Translations under genes and position numbers: made by a program
Shown: positions 1 to 8,635 of the stretch, one piece after another
Layout of the letters: each line of letters starts with the position of its first letter
Position numbering within the stretch: the first letter of the stretch is position 1
Assembly: GCA_002842495.1 (NCBI GenBank)
Contig: PHDB01000022.1
Location: 6,010 to 70,009 of the forward strand
Reading direction: 5' to 3'
Source: Bacteroidetes bacterium HGW-Bacteroidetes-6
Lineage (GTDB): Bacteria > Bacteroidota > Bacteroidia > Bacteroidales > DTU049
DNA length: 64,000 nt
The notes under the pieces: model-generated
The model's database searches: none
What the model saw: only the letters and a program-made list of their open reading frames with translations
What the model was told of the DNA's origin: nothing

Positions 1-1638
1 TTTGGTCTTGGTACTCAAATGCAATGTTGGGAATAAAGTACCATATGTACGGTGCAGTTTATCGGGGAGAACAACCGAAATCATATCGAGACTGGCAAAT
101 TCGTATCGCAAACCAGCTTTATAGCTCAGAAACCCAAGGGTATCGCTGTATGTAGTATACAACGCTCCTGACACCGTCGTCTGATCGAGGTGATTTGAAA
201 ACAAGTCGACATACAAATACTGCTCCGAGCTAAAGTTGAAAGTATCGATTGGAGAATCTTCGATCGACGAAGAATACTCTAATTCGCCACCAACTTCAAG
301 AAAACGATTTTTACCAAGTGGATTTTCGTAGTTCAATTCGCCCGAAAGCCATGTCCCATCATTATTAGATACATCACGATAACGCAGATTTTCTTCGGTC
401 TGTACCGAAAAAAGTTTTTCAGTCGTACGAAGCGATTTCTGCTGATAATTACCTGCATAGCAGTCTAAAGTGAATTTGTGTCCTTCTTTCTTGAAACGAT
501 GCTCCAAACTTAAACCACCATAAAGATTACTTCCATCGCCATCGGATGATGCAGAATCGCTAAAAGCAAACAACTCTCCATCAGCCATGGTACGGGTTGA
601 AAAACCGGAATTGTGACTATTATTGTTACTGAAAGAACCCCCACCCCACAAATCGAAAGTATTGTTTTTGTTTATTTCCCATGTCAGACTCACATGTCCA
701 TAGGTCCATCCATATCCATATCCTCCAGCATCAGATCCGGTAAAACTATAGACAGTATCTCCATTATTAAGAACTACTCCGGAAGAATTCGAGCTGTATG
801 TATTTTCGAAACTCGATTTACTGATGTATGTATTGAAGCTGACTTTATCGTTACCTATCACAAATGAAGCCCATGGAGAGTATGTTATCTGCGTACTGCC
901 ATTGAAACCAAAGCTAAACAGTAAATTTCGCTTAATTTTTTCGCGGGTAATAATATTAATGATTCCGGCTGTTCCCTCCGCTCCATAACGTGCCGATGGA
1001 TTTGTAATCACTTCGATTCGCTCAATGGCATTGGCCGGAAGCTGCTGAAGAAACGATTTCAGTCCCTCTGCTTTAATACGGGATGGTTTATCGTTGAGCC
1101 AAATCTCGACGCCCGACACACCACGCAAAGTAATATTCCCTTCCATATCAACATATACTCCGGGTGCATTCTGTAGTGCATCGTTGGCTACTCCACCCTG
1201 CACACTTGGATCTTCGCTCACATTATACACTTTCTTTTCGCCATCGTACGAATACATAGGCTTTTGCCCGACAATGGTTACTTCGCCCAGATCCTGACTG
1301 GCCTTGGGAATGGCCAGAATGCCCATATTCATTTCTTTTTTATCGGTCTCAATCCAAACGGGCTTGAGTTGGGTTCCATAGCCCAAATACGAAATACGCA
1401 GAAAATAATTGCCCGAATCGGGAGCCATCAGTTCAAAAACTCCTTTATCGTCGGTGGTAGTTCCCGTAACGAACGATGAATCGCTCTGATTGAGCAAAGC
1501 CACATTGGCATAAGCCAGCGGTGTATACGCGCTACTATCCTGAAGTATTCCCTGAAGTTTGGTCTGAGCCTTTCCCACATTAATAAACAGAAAAATAACG
1601 CTGCAAAGCAGCAGCAATCGGGTCAAAAGTGTTTTCAT
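1..1638 (-). CDS. TonB-dependent receptor / outer-membrane beta-barrel protein (3' end runs off window)
   Basis: Manual translation from ATG 1638: signal peptide MKTLLTRLLLLCSVIFLFINVGKAQ, CarboxypepD-like domain (YANVALL..GTTTDDKGVF), plug motifs LQNAPGVYVD and IERIEVITNPSARYGAEGTAGIINII. No stop seen in the parts checked; absent from ORF track, consistent with running off the edge. Confidence 0.85.
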   Translation of the reverse strand, partial: MKTLLTRLLLLCSVIFLFINVGKAQTKLQGILQDSSAYTPLAYANVALLNQSDSSFVTGTTTDDKGVFELMAPDSGNYFLRISYLGYGTQLKPVWIETDKKEMNMGILAIPKASQDLGEVTIVGQKPMYSYDGEKKVYNVSEDPSVQGGVANDALQNAPGVYVDMEGNITLRGVSGVEIWLNDKPSRIKAEGLKSFLQQLPANAIERIEVITNPSARYGAEGTAGIINIITREKIKRNLLFSFGFNGSTQITYSPWASFVIGNDKVSFNTYISKSSFENTYSSNSSGVVLNNGDTVYSFTGSDAGGYGYGWTYGHVSLTWEINKNNTFDLWGGGSFSNNNSHNSGFSTRTMADGELFAFSDSASSDGDGSNLYGGLSLEHRFKKEGHKFTLDCYAGNYQQKSLRTTEKLFSVQTEENLRYRDVSNNDGTWLSGELNYENPLGKNRFLEVGGELEYSSSIEDSPIDTFNFSSEQYLYVDLFSNHLDQTTVSGALYTTYSDTLGFLSYKAGLRYEFASLDMISVVLPDKLHRTYGTLFPTLHLSTKTK

Positions 1639-1660
1639 ACCTGTACTTTATTACAATCTG

Positions 1661-1668
1661 CAAACTTA
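1661..1668 (-). promoter_or_regulatory. Bacteroidota sigma-A -7 element (TAAGTTTG) for the receptor gene
   Basis: Matches TAnnTTTG, 22 nt upstream of ATG 1638. Confidence 0.5.
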
Positions 1669-1825
1669 CAAATTGTAAAATTATTGTGTAATAAAAGTTG
1701 TTAAATATCATTTTTCTCAACCAATTATCAGCAAACTGATACATCTTCCAATGTACCAAAGCCATGCTGAGACCAAAATTTCATCAAAGAATGCTATCTC
1801 CTCATTCTTTCCCGGGATAAGTGAT

Positions 1826-1833
1826 TACCTTTG
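1826..1833 (+). promoter_or_regulatory. -7 promoter element (TACCTTTG) of the AraC gene
   Basis: Matches TAnnTTTG, 15 nt upstream of ATG 1849. Confidence 0.55.
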
Positions 1834-1848
1834 CAGTAAGAAAATATT

Positions 1849-2664
1849 ATGCAATTTCAGATAGTACAACCTACAGGGTTCCTGAAAAACTACATTAAGC
1901 ATTACTGCTTTATGGAGTCCGGTATTCACGATGGGAATATTATGGAAAGGGTTATCCCCACTGAAAATGTTCAACTCATGTTTCATTACAAAACCCCTTT
2001 TGTGGTATTTCATCCCAATGATGTAAAAATAAAACAGCCCAGATCAATTTTAAGTGGGTTAAACGATTCCTTTTCTGATGTTTCTACGAACGGAGAAACC
2101 GGAGTGGTTTTTATTGGCTTTTTCCCTACCGGCGCATGTCATTTCTTCAATTTTCCGCTTTCCGAAATTGAAAACCAAAGCGTTGACTTATCTGATATAT
2201 TTAGCGGAGAAATAAAACAAATTGAAGAAATGCTCTATTTTAAAGAAACCATAAAAGAAAAAGTTTCTGTTATTGAAAATTTTTTGCTAAAGCGGTTTTC
2301 TCCAATTCCGTCTTACGATAGTTTATTAATTCAGAAAGGTGTAGATATTATTAAAAGTTGCAAAGGACAGACTAATGCCATATCATTATCGGATAGTCTT
2401 GCTATAACTACAAAAACTCTTGAAAGAAAATTTTCTCAATATCTCGGAAAAACAACCAAACAGGTTATTAAACTGATACGTTTTCAGGAAGTATTACAGG
2501 ATTTCAGTAACAATAAAAACGTTAGCCTGACAGAGCGTGCATACAGAAACGGATATTTCGATCAGTCACACTTTATCAGAGATTTTAAAGCCTATTCGGG
2601 ATATACTCCTAAAGAGTTTGCTTCAAAATACCCGGATTTTAATATAAATGCTGATTATTGTTAA
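1849..2664 (+). CDS. AraC-family transcriptional regulator (DUF6597-type N-terminal domain)
   Basis: C-terminal AraC HTH signature (LERKFSQYLG...GYFDQSHFIRDFKAYSGYTP); N-terminal P..L..YI..Y...ERVIP pattern. Confidence 0.9.
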   Translation: MQFQIVQPTGFLKNYIKHYCFMESGIHDGNIMERVIPTENVQLMFHYKTPFVVFHPNDVKIKQPRSILSGLNDSFSDVSTNGETGVVFIGFFPTGACHFFNFPLSEIENQSVDLSDIFSGEIKQIEEMLYFKETIKEKVSVIENFLLKRFSPIPSYDSLLIQKGVDIIKSCKGQTNAISLSDSLAITTKTLERKFSQYLGKTTKQVIKLIRFQEVLQDFSNNKNVSLTERAYRNGYFDQSHFIRDFKAYSGYTPKEFASKYPDFNINADYC

Positions 2665-2682
2665 TTCTCAGCATTATTATTT

Positions 2683-2728
2683 TGTCTGTTTTTTACAATT
2701 TCAGCCCCTTGCTCTGAGAGTATTTTTG
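2683..2728 (+). promoter_or_regulatory. Putative AraC site (TGTCTGTTTTTTACAA) and -7 element (TATTTTTG) for the drrABC-like operon
   Basis: TAnnTTTG at 2721-2728. The TGTC-n-TTTTACAA box at 2683-2698 lies just after the AraC stop; operator role is inferred. Confidence 0.4.
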
Positions 2729-2753
2729 CCACATAATTAATAAGGCTGAAACC

Positions 2754-3521
2754 ATGGCGGCAGAAATTCAGATTTGTAACCTTTTCAAAAAATATCCCGA
2801 TGGTGCTGAAGCACTGAAAGGGGTGAGCCTCAAAATCAATAAAGGGCAGTTTTTTACTTTGCTCGGGCCTAACGGGGCCGGCAAATCTACCCTGGTCAAA
2901 ATAATGACAACATTGATTAACAAAGATTCCGGCAAGTTTTCCATAGGTGGTTTAAATCCGGAAGTGAACCCGGTCAATATTCAGAAAATCATTGGAGTTG
3001 CTTCGCAAGACAATGAAATTGACCCTATCGAGAAAGTAGAAAACTTACTTATTTTTCAAGCTGGGTTATTTGGATTATCAAAACCGGAAGCACGCAAACG
3101 GGCGAACGAACTAATTAATTTGTTTCAACTTTCCACAGAGAGAAACAAAAAAGCAAGCACTCTGTCGGGAGGCAATAAACGCAGGTTGCATTGCGCTCTT
3201 GCATTGGTACATCAGCCTCAAGTACTTTTTCTTGATGAGCCAACCGTTGGCATGGATCCGGTAGCAAGGGCAAACTTTTGGGAAACAATTACTCAAATGA
3301 ATAAATCGGAGGGTATAACGGTTTTTCTCACTACACAATATCTGGATGAAGCAGACAAACATGCTACTGAAATGGCCCTCATTGTGGCAGGAGAAATACG
3401 GTATTCCGGGACTATCATTGATTTCAAAAAAATGGTCAATCCCGATGGCGGGTTATCGCTTGATGACAGCTACCTGCAATATATAAAAGCATTAACAATT
3501 CAGGCTTCTTCAAAAAATTAA
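2754..3521 (+). CDS. ABC transporter ATP-binding protein, DrrA-like
   Basis: Walker A GPNGAGKS, signature LSGG, Walker B LFLDEPT, TTQYLDEAD typical of the DrrA subfamily. Confidence 0.9.
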   Translation: MAAEIQICNLFKKYPDGAEALKGVSLKINKGQFFTLLGPNGAGKSTLVKIMTTLINKDSGKFSIGGLNPEVNPVNIQKIIGVASQDNEIDPIEKVENLLIFQAGLFGLSKPEARKRANELINLFQLSTERNKKASTLSGGNKRRLHCALALVHQPQVLFLDEPTVGMDPVARANFWETITQMNKSEGITVFLTTQYLDEADKHATEMALIVAGEIRYSGTIIDFKKMVNPDGGLSLDDSYLQYIKALTIQASSKN

Positions 3522-3537
3522 GTAAAGAGGGGAAATT

Positions 3538-4299
3538 ATGAACACTGCAAATATTTTGTTGATTGAAAGAGGAATAATCAAGTTGGTAAAACAACCATCG
3601 GCACCGTTAATGGGTTTTGGCATGAGTTTGTTTTTTTTATTGGTATATAATGCGGGAATAGGCGGAATCGGTTCGCTGGAAGCATTCGGAAAGGGTGGAT
3701 ACTTGTCCTTTGTGTTTCCTATCACAATTATCTCGTTGGCAATGGGTTCTTCGGCGGGTGCAGGTCAAACACTCAATGCCGATATGCAATCGGGTTATTT
3801 CAGAAGATTATATTTAAGTCCTGTCCCCCGATGGATTTTAGTTTTAGCCCCCATGCTTGCCGATACAATTTCTTCCCTGTTTTTTACGATTCTGCTAATC
3901 GTAATTGGGGCCTTGTTTGGTGTAACATTCCAATTCGGATTAGCATCTGTTTTCGGCATACTGCTGTTGTCCTTTTTGTGGTCGCTTACTTTATGCGGGT
4001 TTTCTGTAGGAATAATGTTGCGTACCGGACAACATCAAAGTGCGGCAATAATAACGAACGCTGTTTTCCCATTGCTCTTCCTGAGTACGACATTTCTACC
4101 GAGAGAATTGATTACTGCCAAGTGGCTGTTAGCCGTATCGTGGGGAAATCCTGTAACATATATTCTCGAAGGCAACAGATATTTGCTGGGCGGGACTTCA
4201 TCTGCAGTTTTTTTCCACACAGGCATCATCATGTTTGCATTAACTGCTGTTGTTTCAGTTATTTTTGCTTTGTCAAGTGCTAAAAAAATCAGGATATAA
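3538..4299 (+). CDS. ABC-2 type permease, DrrB-like
   Basis: Six hydrophobic segments, D..SG..RRL..SP loop, FLSTTF.P, NP.TY motif; 16 nt after the ATPase. Confidence 0.85.
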   Translation: MNTANILLIERGIIKLVKQPSAPLMGFGMSLFFLLVYNAGIGGIGSLEAFGKGGYLSFVFPITIISLAMGSSAGAGQTLNADMQSGYFRRLYLSPVPRWILVLAPMLADTISSLFFTILLIVIGALFGVTFQFGLASVFGILLLSFLWSLTLCGFSVGIMLRTGQHQSAAIITNAVFPLLFLSTTFLPRELITAKWLLAVSWGNPVTYILEGNRYLLGGTSSAVFFHTGIIMFALTAVVSVIFALSSAKKIRI

Positions 4300-4302
4300 A
4301 TT

Positions 4303-6558
4303 ATGAACAGGAACAAAATAATCGTTAAGAACGCTCACACCAATAATCTTAAGAACATTGATATTGAAATACCAAAGCATAAATTGGTGGTGTTTACCGG
4401 TGTTTCGGGCTCAGGCAAATCGTCATTGCTTTTTGATACCATTTATACAGAAGCCCAGCGGCAATTGGTAGAAACCTTTTCCACATTTGCACGCACCCGG
4501 ATGCCGAAATTATCTCGCCCCGATGTGGACGATATACTCAATCTGTCAACGGCAATTGTTATTGACCAGAAACGAATGGGAAACAATTTGCGGAGTACGG
4601 TTGGAACAGCTACCGAAATAAACACTTATCTGCGCTTGCTTTATTCACGTATTGGCAAACCATTTATCGGACCTTCTTTTTATTTTTCGTTTAACCATCC
4701 CGAAGGCATGTGCCCACATTGCAACGGATTAGGGAAACAGATTAAAATTGACCTTGATTTATTTTTGGACAGGGAAAAGTCAGTCAGGGAAGGGGCCATA
4801 ACACATCCGCATTATAAAGTTGGGGGGTTCCTCTGGAAAGAATTGATTAGTTTAAATGTAATTGACGTTGATAAACCCATAAATGAATTTACGGCAGAAG
4901 AATTGCAACAGTTTTTGTATTCTGAACCCTTTGCGGTAAAAGGAGCAAAAGAAAAACTGGCTTATAACCGGAATTTCGAAGGAATTGCCCGTAAACTTGA
5001 AAAAGCGGTCACCACAAGGGCTGATGATGAAACAGCCGAAGAAGACAAGAATGCATACACGAAATATTTCAACTATCAGCTCTGTGAACAATGCGGCGGT
5101 ACCCGATTAAATGAACGGGCAAGAAGTGTTAAGCTAAACGAGCTTACCATTGCCGATGTATGCCATTTAGAACTGGTTGATGTTCTATCATTTTTACTAA
5201 ATATAAATGACGAAATCTCCAGGCCGATTTTGCGGAAAGCACAATTTTTGCTTCAACAGCTGGTTGAAATTGGAGTGGGCTATTTATCACTCGAACGTTC
5301 GGTAAGCACACTTTCCGGAGGTGAATCGCAACGGGTAAAAATGAGTAAGCAAATGGACTGCAACCTGGTAGACATGCTTTACGTTCTCGACGAACCTTCT
5401 ATCGGCTTGCATCCCCGGGATACAGAGAACCTGATGAATATCTTGTTTCGGTTAAAAGAAAAAGGAAATTCTGTTTTTGTGGTAGAACACGACCCTGACA
5501 TTATACGGGCTGCCGAATGGATAGTAGATATTGGCCCCAAAGCAGGTAAATATGGTGGGAATGTGATATATAACGGTGAACCCGACGGATTACAATATAC
5601 CGAAAGCATCACTGGTGTCTTTCTTCTGAAAAAGGATAAACCATCCTTTAAGCGAAAGACTGCAACTACATTTTTTGAGATCAAAAACGCAAGCGCCAAT
5701 AATCTTAAAAATGTATCGGTAAAAATCCCAAAGGGAGTATTAACCTGTGTTACCGGCGTTGCCGGAAGCGGCAAAAGCAGCTTGATACATGAGTGCTTTG
5801 CAAAACAACATCCCGATGCAATTGTTATAGACCAATCTCCCATTGGAAAATCATCAAGAGCAAATGCAGCAACATTTATAGGTGTTTTTGATTTAATACG
5901 GAAAGAATTTGCTACTGCAACCAATTCCGAAGCCTCATTGTTCAGTTTCAATTCAAAAGGAGCATGCCCAAAATGCAATGGTCAAGGGGTATTGACTTTT
6001 GAACTTCATTTCCTGGATTCCGTAAAAACAATTTGTGACGAATGCGAAGGAAAACGTTATCATTCCGATGTATTGGAACTAAAATTCCTGAATAAAAACA
6101 TTGCTGAAGTATTGGATATGACGGTAACTCAGGCCTCCGAATTTTTCATGGATCCGAAGATAAAAAAGCATCTGCACCTGCTCCAGGAAGTTGGTTTAGG
6201 ATATTTAAAATTAGGTCAATCACTTAGCACCTTGTCTGGTGGTGAAGCACAACGATTAAAAATTGCATCTGAATTGAAAAAAGAAGGCAATATTTACATT
6301 ATGGATGAACCAACAACCGGACTTCATATGTCTGACATCGACAATTTCCACAAAATCGTAAAAACATTGGTCAAAAACGATAATACTGTGATTATTATTG
6401 AGCACAACCTCGATATTATTAAATTTGCTGATTGGATAATCGACATGGGACCCGAAGGGGGTAAAAAAGGAGGAGAAGTTATGTTTCAGGGATTACCTGA
6501 AGATATGGTAAATTGCAAACAGTCTGTCACCGGAAAATATTTGAAAAAAATGATTTAA
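4303..6558 (+). CDS. Short UvrA-like ATPase (class II UvrA, DrrC/Ecm16/CmrX-like)
   Basis: Two ABC NBDs ([16 protein letters not shown]; LSGGE twice), Zn fingers CPHC/CEQC/CPKC/CDEC; only 751 aa, apparently lacking the UvrB-binding insertion. Confidence 0.85.
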   Translation: MNRNKIIVKNAHTNNLKNIDIEIPKHKLVVFTGVSGSGKSSLLFDTIYTEAQRQLVETFSTFARTRMPKLSRPDVDDILNLSTAIVIDQKRMGNNLRSTVGTATEINTYLRLLYSRIGKPFIGPSFYFSFNHPEGMCPHCNGLGKQIKIDLDLFLDREKSVREGAITHPHYKVGGFLWKELISLNVIDVDKPINEFTAEELQQFLYSEPFAVKGAKEKLAYNRNFEGIARKLEKAVTTRADDETAEEDKNAYTKYFNYQLCEQCGGTRLNERARSVKLNELTIADVCHLELVDVLSFLLNINDEISRPILRKAQFLLQQLVEIGVGYLSLERSVSTLSGGESQRVKMSKQMDCNLVDMLYVLDEPSIGLHPRDTENLMNILFRLKEKGNSVFVVEHDPDIIRAAEWIVDIGPKAGKYGGNVIYNGEPDGLQYTESITGVFLLKKDKPSFKRKTATTFFEIKNASANNLKNVSVKIPKGVLTCVTGVAGSGKSSLIHECFAKQHPDAIVIDQSPIGKSSRANAATFIGVFDLIRKEFATATNSEASLFSFNSKGACPKCNGQGVLTFELHFLDSVKTICDECEGKRYHSDVLELKFLNKNIAEVLDMTVTQASEFFMDPKIKKHLHLLQEVGLGYLKLGQSLSTLSGGEAQRLKIASELKKEGNIYIMDEPTTGLHMSDIDNFHKIVKTLVKNDNTVIIIEHNLDIIKFADWIIDMGPEGGKKGGEVMFQGLPEDMVNCKQSVTGKYLKKMI

Positions 6559-6602
6559 TCCGCACAGATGTATCTTTGGGAAAACAAAAAGAAGAAAAAG
6601 TC

Positions 6603-7427
6603 ATGTTAAATGAAATAAGCCCGGGCATTTTCAACAACAAATATCTTCATTATCATGAAATTGACAAGGAAGATTTTTTGTTGTGCTACAGAGACAATCA
6701 GGTATTGTTAAAAAAATCGGGAGATGACTATGAAATTCCGAGAAAAAAAGATTTTGCCGACAGCATAGAATCGTCGGTTTATTTGTTCTCAATCAATTCC
6801 AATCGTTGTTTTGGGTTGATTGAGCCGCAAGTTAATATTGCTTCATCTGAATTTTATGATGTTTTTATTCTACGAAACCTGAAAGACAAAGAATTTGCAT
6901 GGATTGTGTCAGTAGGTCATCAATTAATAAACTGGCACCATAACAACAAATATTGTGGAAGATGCGGTTCTAAAACAGAATTAAAAAAGGATGAGAGAGC
7001 AGTTGTTTGCAGCAAATGCAATCTGGTAGTCTTTCCTGCAATAGCACCAGCCATTATTGTAGCCATCACGTGCAACAATAAGATATTGCTGGCTAAAGGA
7101 GCAAACTATAAAGGTGATTTTTATGCGCTCATTGCCGGTTATGTCGATGTCGGGGAATCAATCGAAGAAACAGTTGTAAGAGAAGTAAAAGAAGAAGTTG
7201 GATTGGATATTAAGAATCTGAAATATTACAAAAGTCAGCCCTGGCCCTACTCTGCTTCGCTTATGTTGGGTTTTACCGCCGAGGCCGACGACACCAGGGA
7301 AATAGTAATAGATAAAAAGGAAATCAAAGAAGCAGGCTGGTTCGAGAGAGGGAATCTGCCTCCTCATGCCTCCGGTGTAAGTATATCGGGTGATTTAATC
7401 GCTGCTTTTGAAAAAGGTCTTTTTTAA
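6603..7427 (+). CDS. nudC: NAD(H) diphosphatase / NAD-cap decapping Nudix hydrolase
   Basis: Zn ribbon CGRC..CSKC, Nudix box GESIEETVVREVKEEVG, SQPWPY motif; ATG 6603 preferred over the overlapping upstream start. Confidence 0.9.
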   Translation: MLNEISPGIFNNKYLHYHEIDKEDFLLCYRDNQVLLKKSGDDYEIPRKKDFADSIESSVYLFSINSNRCFGLIEPQVNIASSEFYDVFILRNLKDKEFAWIVSVGHQLINWHHNNKYCGRCGSKTELKKDERAVVCSKCNLVVFPAIAPAIIVAITCNNKILLAKGANYKGDFYALIAGYVDVGESIEETVVREVKEEVGLDIKNLKYYKSQPWPYSASLMLGFTAEADDTREIVIDKKEIKEAGWFERGNLPPHASGVSISGDLIAAFEKGLF

Positions 7428-7428
7428 T

Positions 7429-7560
7429 TCCATCATGGGAATCCTCATGCCATGGTGGATAGCTCCCCGGAGAGGCGGTGCTGTTGCGGTTTTTGTTGCA
7501 AAAGCGGATTATGAGGAAGCCCGGCAGATTGTTGCAGAATACGAAGCCAATCTGGAATAA
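7429..7560 (+). pseudogene. 5'-truncated remnant of a DUF2007 (putative signal-transducing) protein
   Basis: Frame reads SIMGILMPWWIAPRRGGAVAVFVAKADYEEARQIVAEYEANLE*, resembling the C-terminal half of Bacteroidota DUF2007 proteins; starts right after the nudC stop. Confidence 0.55.
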
Positions 7561-7727
7561 AGAACACACAGATTACGTAGCCAAAATGGTTAACATTATA
7601 AAACAATTATGGGAGGAAACGCAAAAAACATCTCCGATAATCACGCAGTTATATATTGAGCAGTAGTGCTATGCCGGCTGATATATACTATCAGCAGACA
7701 CCCGGGCATAAATCCCAAAATTCTCCT

Positions 7728-7764
7728 CATTTACGTCAATTTATCCGGTTTTGATATATTTGTG
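7728..7764 (+). promoter_or_regulatory. 37-bp upstream element, copy 1 (contains TATATTTG -7 box)
   Basis: CATTTACGTCAATTTATCCGGTTTTGATATATTTGTG, 32/37 identical to 8511-8547. Confidence 0.6.
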
Positions 7765-7842
7765 CGTGGATTGAAATATTAAATACTGTATTTTTACCAA
7801 AAACACATTCTCTGGGAATCATCGTAAAAACAGACATTAATC

Positions 7843-8430
7843 ATGATCAAAAAAAAGAATTTCATTGCAGTTTTGATCTGCATTATGCTCTTTTCAGGTT
7901 TTTCATCAACACTGGTCGGCGCTCAGAACCGGCTGCTTATCGTTGTAGATGTTCAGCGGGCGTTTTACGAAAACACACAACTGAAAGACCAGACTGACGA
8001 AATGGTCGGCAACATCAACCGGATCATCGAGCGGTTTGATCCTCAAAATGTCATCTATGTTAAAGCCGCCTCAAAAGTGCTTGAATTTTCGTTCCTGCAC
8101 ATCAGAGCTCTGACTGTGCCGGCTCCGGAAATCGACGACCGTCTGAAGATCGTCAGCTCAAATATTTTCACAAAAACCGAAGGCGATGCGTTCACGGTCG
8201 ATTCGTTAAACATGTATCTGACAAGCTGTAATGCTAAAGAAATTGTGCTGGTAGGACTGATGGCCGAGAAATGTATTTATGCCACTGCTTTGGGAGGATT
8301 GAAGAAAGGGTATGACATGTACATCGTACCCGAGGCTGTTATCGGACAGACACCGGAGAAAAAAGCAACAGCCATCGAAAAAATGACAAAAAAAGGGATC
8401 CGGTTGTTGTCAATGGATGAGGTTAAGTAA
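7843..8430 (+). CDS. Isochorismatase-family cysteine hydrolase with signal peptide
   Basis: LLIVVDVQ, K..GDAF and VGLMAEKCIYATA (Asp-Lys-Cys triad positions); hydrophobic N-terminus. Confidence 0.8.
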   Translation: MIKKKNFIAVLICIMLFSGFSSTLVGAQNRLLIVVDVQRAFYENTQLKDQTDEMVGNINRIIERFDPQNVIYVKAASKVLEFSFLHIRALTVPAPEIDDRLKIVSSNIFTKTEGDAFTVDSLNMYLTSCNAKEIVLVGLMAEKCIYATALGGLKKGYDMYIVPEAVIGQTPEKKATAIEKMTKKGIRLLSMDEVK

Positions 8431-8510
8431 ATCCGGAAAAAAGCGACACTTTCGTCGAGCTGAAACAAATCTAATCTCTAGCTTCGAAAAATAAATCCAT
8501 AAAAAACATC

Positions 8511-8547
8511 CATTTACGTCGATTTGACCCGTTTTGATATATTTATG
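8511..8547 (+). promoter_or_regulatory. 37-bp upstream element, copy 2
   Basis: CATTTACGTCGATTTGACCCGTTTTGATATATTTATG upstream of the M1 peptidase. Confidence 0.6.
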
Positions 8548-8635
8548 TTGTCCGGGCGGATTCAAATATCGCATTTTCAATAAAAAAACAAATACATTTA
8601 CTTCCTGAATCTGTTCCGGAATAAAAAACATACCT

